Shown here piece after piece: positions 12,362 through 25,038 of a stretch of DNA of 64,000 nucleotides (position 1 is its first letter; the number at the start of each line of letters is the position of its first letter). This DNA comes from Octopus vulgaris. Its lineage: Eukaryota. The stretch lies in the NCBI GenBank assembly GCA_951406725.2, contig OX597816.1, forward strand, positions 77,438,001-77,502,000, written 5' to 3'. A program made the position numbers and the translations under genes. The notes under the pieces were generated by a model. That model ran no database searches. It saw nothing but the letters and a program-made list of their open reading frames with translations, and was not told where the DNA came from.

Positions 12362-13316
12362 TAAACTCGACTGCTCTCACAAACGAGAATACTGAAAAAG
12401 AACACGACCGCTCTCAAAAATTAAGTTTAAAAAAACCGGAAAAATAATCTAGAATCCTTGTCCGGTACCTGATCGATCCCAATGGTAGTCATGGAATGTG
12501 AAGCTGGGTGTGCGAGCCGTGTTTGTAATGCTGTGTGTATGTTGTCTGCAGTGGGAACAGGAACAGTTTTCTCTATGAAGGCCTTTTCTACTCTATCTAC
12601 TGATAGTGTCTTTACGACCATTAAGGTCTATAGTGTAAAATAATTTATCCGTGCGCGAAAGAAAACGGAAAGGACCTGCATACGGTGCTGGTAACGGAGG
12701 TTTAACAATATCATTGCGTGCAAAAATGTGAGTCCAAGAAGTAAAGCTTTCTTCAAGGCAGAGCTAGAAATGCAATTGTCAAGTAGGTGAAAGGTTTTAG
12801 AGGGAGCGATATATTAAAAATTGGTAAAACTAAAAATTGTCGAGGATAAATTAAATTTATTATTGTTACTGAATATGTTAGTGTTATTTCATTTCTGAAC
12901 GGTTTTGCTGTCATTTGTTTATGTAGTTTGATTTCGTTATCCATCAGTTTCTACTAAGAAAGAGACGCGAGTAAAATTAATAATAGAAAAACGAAAATAA
13001 AACTTTAGAAACAGCAACGCCGCCATAACTTATGTGAAAACCATGAACGTGCTTTCAAGGGAGATAATCAGAGAAAGACTTGAAAGTTAATGTAAGATCG
13101 TAATAGTTTATGTAAAATAAATATAACAAATAATCTAGAATCCTTGTCCGGTACCGGATCGATCCCAAAATCTAATCAGTTCGTGCCAGTCACGACGCCA
13201 AACATCCCTGAAAGTTTCATCCGAATCCATCCAGTGGTTCTTGAGATATCCTTTCCACAAACAAACAAACAAACACGACTGAAAACAATACCTCTGCCTT
13301 CTCTAAGGCAGAAGTA
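12362..13316 (+). mobile_element. Helitron/Helentron-like non-autonomous element interrupted by a 645-bp insert
   Basis: (AAAC)n tract and terminal hairpin tctgcctt-ctct-aaggcaga (13293-13312); 41-bp direct repeat at 12442-12482 and 13128-13168. Confidence 0.55.
12483..12800 (-). mobile_element. Ty3/Gypsy integrase C-terminal (GPY/F) fragment
   Basis: WTHIFARNDIVKPPLPAPYAGPFRFLSRTDK..DLNGRKDT..SVDRVEKAF, read across frameshifts. Confidence 0.7.
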
Positions 13317-13602
13317 GTAATGGCTGCTTTTAGAATATGCCACCCAAATCTGGCAATGAAGGACTATATTTACCACGAATACAAAGAAAATTATTACAAA
13401 ATACAAGCAAGAAAATTATTACAAAATATCAATTATAGAACTACAAATATATCTAGTGCAGTATAATGGAAAATTAATACAAATAACTACGAAAATCGAA
13501 CAAAAATGCTTTCTGCTTCAAGTGAACCAACAAATACAAAACAAAGGTTAAAATAACAGAGATCTGTGAAGAAAACGGAGAAATAATAACAGAAATCGTG
13601 AA

Positions 13603-13842
13603 ATGATTAATCCACATTACTCCGTGAGGAGCTTAGGGCCAGTTTACCGGTTTTTCTGGCGTATGTATTCCTCCCTGGACGGGATGCCGGTCTGTCGCAT
13701 GATTCCTCATTTTCACCTGCTGAGTGGACTGGGGAAACGTGAAATGAAGTGTTTTGCTCAAGAGTGCATTGCCCGATCCGGGATCGAAATCGCAATCTTA
13801 CGGTCATGAGTCCAACACCCAAACTACTAAGCCATACGCCCC
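13603..13842 (-). mobile_element. tRNA-derived CORE-type SINE
   Basis: ggcgtatggcttagt head and cttgagcaaaacactt core; related copy at 27922-28229. Confidence 0.65.
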
Positions 13843-14245
13843 CAAGAAATCGTGAAATGTTATGATAAAATGATGACAACAAAAAACCCTTATGGCGTAA
13901 TATATAAAATAATTCTAGATTTTCTTTGCCTAAGAAAAAACGTCACCTTTGATCATAGGTTTTCTCGAACAGAGCTTACTTGGAGTAAATATTTCGATTG
14001 TGCACTCTGAAAGGTATCAGTAGTAGAGTAAAACAACTACTGACCCCTTGGCTAACAATGACGTCCCAGGCTCAATCCAGCAACGTAGCATCTTGGACAA
14101 ATATATTTTACCATAGTCTCGGGCTAACAAAAGCCTTGTGAAGGAACTCGGATAGACGGAAACTTTAACGAAGCCCATCCGATGAATTTCACTTGTAATT
14201 CATCGGTCTAGCCTTGACAGACACACTGTATCATGCTGAGTTTAC

Positions 14246-14481
14246 CTGTGAATCTCATTAAGAGTATACGTTTCTCTACGGAATACTCAGCCACTGAATT
14301 CGCGAAATTCAATGGGTTGTTGACCGGCGGAGCAAACAACGGGACGCTCGTGTATCGAAATCGACGTGAGAGTCTTATCATATCGCAGGCCCACATTGAA
14401 CGGACATTTCTGGAACTTTGATTCCCACCATCCGTACAGCATGAAGAAACGCCTCGTCCTCGACCTACCACATCGAGTGAC
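14246..14481 (-). other. Candidate alternative exon of the same gene
   Basis: GC-richer non-repeat island with acceptor gtgtctag and donor ACAG|gtaaac. The phase-0 frame has one TGA (14289-14287); another frame is fully open but not phase-compatible with exon 2. Confidence 0.35.
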
Positions 14482-14554
14482 CTAGACACATACCAACATG
14501 AAATAGAATTAGCGATACTGTTTAGAGAAACTGTTACTCTGCAAGCATAGCATC

Positions 14555-14890
14555 AGAGAGAGAGGGTGGAGAGAGAAACGGAGAGGGGAGGGAGGCAAGA
14601 GAGACGAAAGAGGCGAGGGAGATGATAGAGAAGAGGAGGGGGAAATGGAGAGATAAAGAGATAGAGGAAGGAGGAAGAAGAGAGAGGAGAGATTCAAATG
14701 CAGAGATAAAAAGAGAGAGAAAAGGAGAAAGAGAGAAAGCGAGAGAGAGAAATAGAGAGGGAAGGAAACCGAAGAGGGTAAAGAGAGAAGAGGAAAAGAG
14801 AGAGAGAGACGGAGAGAAATGGAGAAGGAGGCAGAGAGAAACAGAGAGAGGGAGAAGGAAGGGAGGGAGGGAAAGAGCGGAAGAGAAAGA
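14555..14890 (+). repeat. Polypurine (GA-rich) low-complexity tract
   Basis: ~335 nt almost entirely A/G. Confidence 0.9.
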
Positions 14891-15155
14891 GTATCAACGC
14901 TGGGAACATTCATGTATCAATACGATATCATCATCATCATTATCATATAATGTCCAAGTTCTATGCTGGCATGGTTGAACGGATTGACAGGAGCCGTTGA
15001 GTTGAAGGACATCGTACTCCAATGTCTACTTTCACATGGTTTCTGCGGCTCGATGCTCTTCCTTAGGCGATATAATATTGTTATATTATATCGCGTTAGG
15101 AATATAAAAATCTGTATGTGCGCGCGCGTGTGTATGTGTGTAAAAATTAAATCAC

Positions 15156-15277
15156 CTTGTGAGAATAGAACTTCTCCTCCCATAGAATAGTTGCCGTTGA
15201 AGGTGGGGACATACGGTAAAGAGCTCTCATGAAGATTGTCCAGTTCAGTAGCATGGTCTGTGACGTTATATAGGAAC
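15156..15277 (-). CDS. Coding exon 2 (C-SYITSQTMLLNWTIFMRALYRMSPPSTATILWEEKFYSHK)
   Basis: Acceptor ttttacttttgacag and donor AAG|gtgatt. Phase 1 in matches exon 1; phase 0 out. TMLLNW resembles TIVNL/IIVNL of the two repeats. Confidence 0.6.
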
Positions 15278-15387
15278 CTGTCAAAAGTAAAAGCATATTG
15301 TAAGCAACGCCATTTATGATGCGGCGGCGGCGGCGGTGGTGGTGGTGGTGGTGGTGGAAAAAAAAATGAAGACGACGCTGGTAGAAG

Positions 15388-15845
15388 AAAGATTTATTTG
15401 TCAAAATTCGCACAAGAGATTCAGAGGGATGTAGATTTTATAATCGATTTCTCAAAGCTGTTTATATGCACACCGCCTGTGACACGATATTGGTTTAATA
15501 ACGTAGCCAATTCTCGCTCAAATGATCTCAAATTTTAACCAAATGTGTAAAAGCTAATTTCGGATCGGGCATGCCAGTGATAATGACAATGTTGCTGATG
15601 AAATGGCCACCGAGTTCACCTGACTTGACACTTTGTGATTTTTTTTTTGTACGGAGCTATGTGAAAGGACTGGTCTGTATCGCCACTCTTCCTACAAGTC
15701 AACAGGAGCTCAAGTGGAAAATCACTGAGGTGCTGGAGAATGTTATGCAAAACATGCTACAGAGCATATAAACAGCTTTGAGAAATCGATTATAAAATCT
15801 ACATCCCTATGAATCTCTTGTTCAAATTTTGATAAATAAATCTTT
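15388..15845. repeat. 82-bp inverted repeat enclosing a Tc1/mariner transposase fragment
   Basis: Arms 15388-15469 and 15764-15845; internal KWPPSSPDLTLCDFF..YVKGLV. Confidence 0.75.
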
Positions 15846-16114
15846 TATTGCTCAACATGAAGCTTGTATAATTTCGTTTGCCTCGGACATGTAGTTACTT
15901 AGATATTCACATTTCAAATGATGTCAATTTTGTAGGGACACTTTATATTGTGGTCTCAAAAAAAGGAAGAACGGATTAGACATTGTATTCCCAAATATAC
16001 AAAAATTTGGAATGCATGTGGCTAGGACGCCTTTGATCATAAGTCTTTTCAGTCAAGATTGGCCTAGTACTAAAAAATACATTATTTCGCCATAGGTTAT
16101 TTTAGAGAGTAGTG

Positions 16115-16320
16115 TTCTTTTCTACTCTAGGCACAAGGCTCGAAATTTTGGGGAGGGGGCCAGATTGACCTCAGCACGCAACTGGTACTTAATTTATCGA
16201 CTCCGAAAGGATGAAATGCAAAGCTGACCTCGGCGGAATTTGAACTCAAAACGTAAAGACAGACGAGAAAGCGTTAAGCATTTCGCCAGGTGTGCTAACG
16301 TTTCTGCCAGCACGCCGCCC
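16115..16320 (-). mobile_element. Dominant SINE family copy (others near 1130, 18905, 25620, 25800, 40880, 50880)
   Basis: Reverse complement of the same consensus. Confidence 0.85.
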
Positions 16321-16465
16321 TTATGAAATTACATATGACACTATCTCAAAGTTTTAACAAATATATAGAAATCTATCTATAAACATCCCACACTTTTGAA
16401 TTACAGAGAGGGCTATCTCAAACTAATTTTAATTTCACGCAAATCATAGTTATATATATACTTAC

Positions 16466-17603
16466 ATAAAAAACCTGTTTGTGTCAAAATGTCTGGCATC
16501 TGGGCTGTTAACTTCCGGGGACACAAAATAACTGGCTGATCCCAGTTTGTTTCTTGATTGCTCCAGCTGTTTAAGGTAGTTATATGAAATTGCCATCTCA
16601 AAATATCTTTTACAGTCAGTGACATAGCAGGAAACACGCTTAAGAGGGCGTGTATTGGCACATAAGCTTGTCTCTGTCCTCTGTTGTCAGTTCTGATAAA
16701 TCCTGGCAGGTTATACATTAAACCGTCAGCACCGGAGAACGGTAAAAGGCTAAGCGAATATAATTCAGAAGTAGAGCCCTGGAAATTGGCGCTGTTGATA
16801 GTGTTATTTGTATTGGCTATGGAATGGTAAAGTGAAAATAAAGTGCACGAAGAAGAAGATGGGTCCTTCGTGGCCCAATGTTTTTTAACAACCATTTCAA
16901 CCAAGCACGACCAATGGAATATAACTTGTTTTAAATTGACAATAGTATCCATTTTAGGAAGCATTTGAAATTTGCTGAGAAACCTTGATTGCTGTTTGGA
17001 AGAACACGTATAGATATTCTGCGTTATTAAAGGATACTTCAGCTTTAGACGAAGGCAGTTTAACACAATGGCACAGTTTTTTCCAGTACAACCGGGAAAT
17101 AGAACATCTCTAATATCAGACCAACTAGCCATGGGATTTCCTTGCACAGAGATATGAGGGACAGACCATATGATCTGATTGGGTAATTTTGCTATAGAGT
17201 CACAAGACGGTAAGAAGCTAGAGTTCAATACATTATCTATGTTTGATACTAACTGAGAAGCTCTACAATTTAAACTGGATGCATCTTTGCTTATGACATG
17301 TTTCCAACGAACCAACTTGTTTAAATTCTGCCTATTCTTCCAAACATCTTCCAAGTTAACTATAATAATTCCAGTATCAACAATCTGGAAATTTTCCAGG
17401 AATTTGGCTCGCTCACTGCTGGAACATTTGTGAATATTTTTTCGTTGCAGAGGATATTTCAAAGTGAATTTTAAACTATTTAGAACGATAGTACAGTTTG
17501 ATTCAGAACAATCTGGAAACAGGGTGATTTTTACATCTTGCCAATTAGCCATTTGAATATTACCCACATTTATATGTGGTATGCTTCTTATAAGATCTTC
17601 CAT
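16466..17603 (-). CDS. Coding exon 1 of an uncharacterised ~873-aa protein with tandem SKI/SNO/DAC-like repeats
   Basis: 396-codon non-repetitive ORF. In-frame TGA immediately before the ATG. Upstream acceptor ttttattttgcag at 17661-17660. Donor T|gtaagt at 16465 (phase 1). aa1-124 align without gaps to aa141-264 (52 identities counted). Confidence 0.85.
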
Positions 17604-17955
17604 TCAGAAAATTTACTGGTAGGAATAATTGACACAAAAACCTATGTTTCTTCTAAAAACTGCAAAATAAAACAGAAAAGACATATCCTGAAACAAGCTT
17701 CTTTAGACTACACATAAAAGACCTTATACATTTTCAATTATTTTTTTTTTTCTAATAATCCTTTCTAAATATTACTTATGTGTAAATTTACTGCAACAAG
17801 AAGTCATTTTTTTTATTAACATAATGAACAGAGGGAGATCCCATAACACTAACAAAATACTCCAAAACTGATTAAATTAATGTTCAGTGATAAACCAAAA
17901 AATGAAAAGACTTCCTCCCGCCCCGCCCCATTTTCTCGCAATTTTTTTTTTTTTT

Positions 17956-18303
17956 AAACCCACGTTTTCGGATACGGAGATTCCGGAAAGTTGCCAAAAA
18001 TCGGAATTTTGAAATTTTTGCTTCCACTTACTCCCTCCCACCAATTTCTTCATTTTTCACTTTTTTCCGTAAACCTAACCCTAAAACCCCAACCCTATTC
18101 CTAACCTTAACCCTAACCCCAAGTAGAAAAATTTTTGGAATTTTTTTCAGAATCATAATCTCCGTATTTTTCCGCATATTTTGAAAAAAAATTCTGAAAA
18201 GAAGTTTAAAATGAAGAATTTAGGTGGGGTGGTAATTTCGAAATGCCTGTTTTTGCCAATTTTTTGGCAGATTCGTATTCTCTGTAGCCGAAAACGGGGG
18301 TTT
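17956..18303. mobile_element. Inverted-repeat DNA element with internal (CCCTAA)-like array
   Basis: aaacccacgttttcggatacggaga / tctctgtagccgaaaacgggggttt; telomere-like tract ~18073-18120. Confidence 0.6.
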
Positions 18304-19446
18304 GTGTAGAAAAAAAATTAAATTTTAAAAAAGTGGTGTTTGGGGGAGGGTGCAAAAGAAGTCTTGCCAAAAAAATAAAGAACATAAAAGAAACTGACAA
18401 ATGAAGATGTCTCAATTTATGGAGAAACTGCTTCCGTGTGTGTGTGCATGTGTGTGTGTGATAATTAGCATATATGTATATATATATATATATATGATGT
18501 ACTTTATTATGTTTTGTTATGCCCGAGATTCCACCGTTCGATGAAAAATTCTCTTTCATGAAACGTGTCCGTTGTACGAAAAGGTTAAGGCTCTCTTGTT
18601 AGGGTGATCACTAACCAAACGCCAGTAAATCAACTACTCGAAAAGTAGCCTCCCTTATCAATGACTAATAAACATTTTGGCAGGGTATTTTCCCTTCATG
18701 ATTATTACAAACAACATCATTGTCGCTAACGTGAATTTCCTAATAAGAACTGACCTTAATTCAGTCCCAGCAGAGACTTCACAGCACACCTACGATTGGA
18801 TCTCTACTCGTGAAGCGCATCTGAAAGATCACAGACATGCACCAAGTAAATCATTTAAGTAAATCAGTAAAGAAACATAAACAGATTCTACAGAATACAT
18901 TAGTTTCGAATTTTTTTGGCACAAAGCCAGCAATTTCGGGAGAGGTGGGTAAGTCAATTATATCGACACCAGTGTAAAACTAATACTTATTTTGTCGTCC
19001 TCGGCAGGATTTGAACTCAGAGCGTAAAGACGGACGAAGTTCCGCTAAGTGTTCTGCTCGGTGTGCTAGCGATTCTGACTGCTCACCACCATTACAGTAG
19101 AATTACATTAAGGGGTCACTCTATTCGACTACACACATAAATTAAAAGCGAGGCGCGCGCGGTCTGAGGTGTGCATGGGACTTCTTCCTTGCACGAATAA
19201 AGCAAGTGATGCATGCCAATGATATAAAGCTAATGCAAATAATAAATCAAAGTTTCATACAAATCTTTCATATTAGGAGAGACAACTAGAAACAGGGTAT
19301 ATATATATATATACCCCACTGGGCAGAAGAGCTCCGCTCGAAACGTTAAACCCTCCTTCTTTCCTGAGCGTCCAATAATACTATATTTGTTCCACGTCCT
19401 CGCGTTGTTGTGTTTTTTGTGCTTTCATGTTTGGATTAACTTTAAC

Positions 19447-19514
<68 letters not shown>

Positions 19515-19540
19515 ATCATAAAACATATATGTATATTATA

Positions 19541-20020
<480 letters not shown>

Positions 20021-20583
20021 GATAAGACATAAAAGATATGCCTCGGATGAACGAGACAGTTATCTGCATCTAAAATACACCGAGGGATACTTTTGGCTTC
20101 TACATGTGTTAAGTTCTGGTTTCCACCATTTGTAAAACCAATCTACGTTTGCAGTTGCGTAGCAGCGGGAGTGCAAAGGGGAGATCACCCCCAGACGATA
20201 TATTTATGAGGTTGGCGCTTTTGGCTCTGTTGCATAAGCTTGTATACGCTTGGCTGGCTGCCTAGTGGGGTAAATTCAAAGATTACCACTGTGATGTGTG
20301 TGTGTATGTGTGTGTGAGAGAGAGAGAGAAAGAATGAGTGTGTGTGTGAGAGAGAGAGAATACGAGTGAGTGTGTGCGTGGGTGAGTGTATGTGTGTGTG
20401 AACGTACGTGCGTGCGTGAGTGTGTGTGTGTGTGTGTTTGAGTGTCTGCATGTGTGTGTATGTGTATGCATGTTTGCGTGCGTGCGTGTGTGTGTACGCG
20501 CGCGTATGTGGTGTGTGTGTTTGAGTGTATGCTCGAGTCTATGTGTGGGGGAGGGGTGCTTGCGTGTGAGTGTATGTCTGTGC

Positions 20584-20619
<36 letters not shown>

Positions 20620-21286
20620 GTGTGTGCGAGTGTGTGTGAATTACAGGCGCATTTCACTTTCAAACGGAAAATATGAAGAAAACTACTTTACCTTGTCTTA
20701 TTCATGAGACTTGTGTATAACAAAATTATGAATAATAATTTTTTTAAAAAACGCTGAAAGCATTAGTTTGAATTTTTAAAGTTTTTAAATACTACTAATT
20801 AAAATCACAGTACGCATAGATATCCATTACAATACGTTAAAAACCCTTACACAAATACGCATATATAAGCCATACATACATAAGAGAAACGTTTGTCTTT
20901 AAACGGACACAGAGGTATTTCCTTCATAGCTGCCTTTGTAGTGTAAGGTCCTTGCATGTACATCGTAAAGTTGACGAAGATAAAAATGTGAGACATAAAA
21001 CTAGATTGCTTTTATCTTTGACATTATCAATGAATTATTGCCCCTTTAAAATAGAGTTGCTTCCCTTGTATTAAGATCTTGCAATTAACGTCATAACTTG
21101 TAACAAAGCATATATATATCAATGTACACTTCAGTCTATGAACTATAAACAAAATTTACAATGAACTTGAGGAAGGAAATAGTAGAAGAATAGAATCTAG
21201 GAGATTCATATTTATCCTTATGAGAAAAGGATGTGAGTCAAGTCAGATATTAACTATAACTCATAGTTAATATCTAACTTGACTCG

Positions 21287-21348
<62 letters not shown>

Positions 21349-21365
21349 GTATATGTATATATATA

Positions 21366-21558
21366 AAGGGTACTATTCAGCACCAGTATTGATAGAAATT
21401 AGTCAAAACAACTCAATAACCACAAATAACACTATCTTACTGAGCTGACAAGGGAGACAAGCTTGTCTCCCTTGACAGCTGATTAAGGTAGTGTTTCTGT
21501 GGTTATTGAGTTGTTTTGACTCTTATTTCTAGCAATACTGTTGCTGATTGCTGCCCTT
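21366..21558. mobile_element. Palindromic MITE
   Basis: ~190-bp imperfect palindrome with a perfect 26-bp centre caagggagacaagcttgtctcccttg (21449-21474). Confidence 0.75.
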
Positions 21559-21627
21559 CGTTCACTTTAGTGACGTATATATTTCTGCCTTTAGGTTGTA
21601 CAATTGCGAATTAGCCACCCATATTAT

Positions 21628-21752
<125 letters not shown>

Positions 21753-21771
21753 TGTGTGCGTGTGTGTATGC

Positions 21772-23999
21772 TAGGTTGAGTCAAAAGCTTTTTCCAGATT
21801 TTCACTGATGATTTTTAGCAACTTGTATCACCATGTTATGTCATTAAGATTTTTTCCTTTTGACCGACAGATTTAAAAAATAATTTTTTGTAACTAAACA
21901 CTTTCTAACTTCGTATACTTGTAGAATGTGTCACATAAAACATCTTTTACTCTTGGCGTTGTTGAGAAAATTCTGTAATTTGGAAGTTATTTCTTGTTAA
22001 AGTTGTCGTATTTCGGTAATTTCAACCAATCAATGATGAGTATTCAGCTGAATAAAATTACTGCTGTTGTTTGTTAACAACAACTATCGGCGGTGTATAT
22101 TTCGTTTGTCACTGTTACTTATGACATCGTTCGTGTATTCGGACTGGTTTTAGCTTTAAGGTTTTAGGGTTAGGGTTTTAGGGTTAGGGTTAAGGTTTTA
22201 GGGTTAGGGTTAAAGTTAGGGTTTTAGAGTTAGGGTTAAGGTTTAGGGTTAGGGCTTTCGGGTTAGGGTTAGTGTTAAGGTTTTAAGGCTAGGGTTAGGG
22301 TTAGGGTTGGGGTTTTAGGGTTAGAGTTACGGAAAAAAATTTTAAATAAAGCACGAATGATTATGGTGGTGCCATGAAGTAAACATGCTTCAGATACACT
22401 CGTTTATTCATACAAACGTAACTGAGATGAAATATGTCATAAATAACAGTGACAAACGAAATATACACCGCCAGAAGTTGTTGTTGACATACATCGGCTG
22501 TAATTTTATTCCGCTGAAAACTCGTCATTGACTGGTTGAAATTACCGAAATACAACAACTTTAACAAGAAATAACTTCCAAAATACAGAATTTTCTCAAC
22601 AACGCCAAGAGTAAAAGATGTTTTATGTGACACATTCTACCAGTATACGAAGTTTGAAAGTGTTTAGTTACCAAAAATTATTTTTTTAAATCTGTCGGTC
22701 AAAAGGTAAAGATCCTATTATTAATTTGAGGCAAATTGTCCAATCGTTGCTGAATTGTGTATTCTTTATTTTCATATATAACATATAAACATTAATTATT
22801 TATACTTTATTTAACAGCTTGGATAATGAGTGGTGCGAAAATTGCAATTAGACCCATTTTACGCTACATGTAGAAGAAAAAGACAGTGAGTGCGGTGGCA
22901 ACAGTAAAACAAATTAATGATATGGAAATCCCAGGAATGGTCAACGAACGTGTGGCACAAAATGGTTTAAATGTTTCAAGGAAAGTGACACTTTCCTCAA
23001 AGACAACTTAAGGTTGAGGCGACCTTCTGTCGTTGAAAATTAAGCCTTGTTTGAAATGGTTGAACAACAGCCAAGCACAAGCTTATCTACAGAACTTGGT
23101 CCTTCACAAAGAATCGTCAATCGACACTTCCATAAGCTCGGCCTTGTGAATAGACGCTGTCAAGAAGCTCCTCATGAACTGGCCAATGACCAGGCTCAAT
23201 GACCTGGGAACATTTGCAAACAACTGCCTCAAGATACCTTTTGTGGTGGTGGGGGGGGCGTCGAATTGCAAACGGGGATGAAAATGAATCTTTAATAATC
23301 CTTTGGGGACTGCCAGAACGATGTAGATGCCTCTGATGAGAACCCAATAAGGTTCGGAAATCGGTCAAGGATGTTCATTCTTTTAAACGGCAATGCATCA
23401 GCATGGCCGCAGCACTGAGCTGAAACTAGAGAGAGAGAAAAAAGAGAAATCAGTGGCTTCGTTACAGTCAGGCCTCAGAACTTGTTGTCAAACAAGGGCA
23501 GTTTGAACGGAAGGTCATATTGTGTGTTTGGTGGAATTTCGAGGAATGTAGCGCTTTGAGCTTATCTCATATGGTCACACTAAGAACTCTAACCTTTATC
23601 CTTAACAACTACAGCTAGTATATGATGTTTTGAAAGCCCGCTAATCGTCACTGGTCAATCGAAAACGCACATTCCTACAACATGACAATGCTCCAGCACA
23701 CACTCAGCCAATGTGTTGGGTTGGAAGTCTGCCTTACCCTGCTTATTCCGAGCCATGACTCATTTCCTGTACGAACAGAGGTTCAGCAATGTGGATGAGG
23801 TTGAAAACAGGTTCAGGGTGGTTTTTTTTCCTCGAAACTAACTAAATGTTATAAGCGTGGAATTGAACTTCTGGCACAATGATGACAACAGACGATAGAA
23901 TACAATGGGATATATTTTGATGAATAGACGCTTTTCGTACGTAACTGTTTGAGCTATTAATTAAAGCTTGAAACACGAAAAAACTTTTCACTCAACCTG
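21772..23999 (+). mobile_element. Degraded full-length mariner with nested insertions
   Basis: TIRs aggttgagtcaaaagctttt / aaaacttttcactcaacct; relic motifs PHEL, GDE, KVILCVWWN, LQHDNAPAH. Confidence 0.75.
21847..22715. mobile_element. Foldback MITE (Merlin-like) with central (TTAGGG)n array
   Basis: ~290-bp inverted arms, end ...aaagatcc, decayed 8-bp TSD tgtcatta/tattatta; telomere-like array ~22150-22330. Confidence 0.8.
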
Positions 24000-24687
24000 C
24001 CATAGTAGAAACCATCAGTTTTTAATGTGTAATTCATCTAACCAAAATCGATAAAATACGTATTAGTCAAGTTTGAGGTCGAAAGACTTGACACAGATCT
24101 CCGCCTTTATTAGGCATCAGTAATGGGTTATGTTCCTTTATAATTTGAGCTTAAATTCCGTAGGGGTCAATATGTAAGGAAAGGGTGATATAATTGACTG
24201 AACTATCCTCCAAAATACGAGACTTTATACCTATGTAGGAATTCAATATTATCATTACTTTGTTTACGCTCTCATTTTCACTGTTCTATATATCCACATT
24301 CAAATGGCCAGTTTTCGTCAAATTTTGCTTGTGTTTTTCGGAGTCGTGTCGTTTTGCAAACATTTTACCATAAATTTGATATCTTATGAACTGCCGTGCA
24401 TTGTTCATGATCTGTATCTCGATCTTATTAAACAGTGCCCAGTCAGTAGAGGGAATATTTATTACTTAGTCAATTCGGCGTTACCTCTCTTAGCAGTGTT
24501 CGATGCTGATGAGAAGATTACTTAAAAAGGCTTGTATCTATTGACATGGGTAGAGAGCGCTCCGAACTGACCTGGTATCTACAGTGAGAATATTTCTCGA
24601 TGGCAAAACGCTGTAAATAGCCTTCTTATGGGTTCGAATGAGTATCAAACATACTTCAAACTAGACATATACATACATACATACATA

Positions 24688-24796
24688 CTGGTCTTTAAAG
24701 CTAAATGGTGAAAGCAATTAACATGTTTAGATCTTATTAAACCTCATCAGCAAAGGTATATCCAACTAATATAGCAATCGAGGTGTGATATATATG

Positions 24797-24830
<34 letters not shown>

Positions 24831-24856
24831 TGTATGTATGTATGTATGTATGTATG

Positions 24857-24887
<31 letters not shown>

Positions 24888-24903
24888 TACATACATACAT
24901 ACA

Positions 24904-24938
<35 letters not shown>

Positions 24939-25038
24939 CACACCTCGATTGCTATATTAGTTGGATATACCTTTGCTGATGAGGTTTAATAAGATCTAAA
25001 CATGTTAATTGCTTTCACCATTTAGCTTTAAAGACCAG
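24688..25038. repeat. ~110-bp inverted repeat around a (TATG)n/(TACA)n inversion, with degenerate hammerhead
   Basis: Arms are reverse complements; ctgatga-ggttt-aata-agatc-taaacatgtt from 24976. Confidence 0.85.

Noticed and set aside
14509-14978. E/R/K-rich and L/S/P-rich ORFs
   Set aside because: Products of the polypurine tract.
22150-22330. True telomere or chromosome fusion site
   Set aside because: Short, degenerate array enclosed in a TIR element with a TSD.
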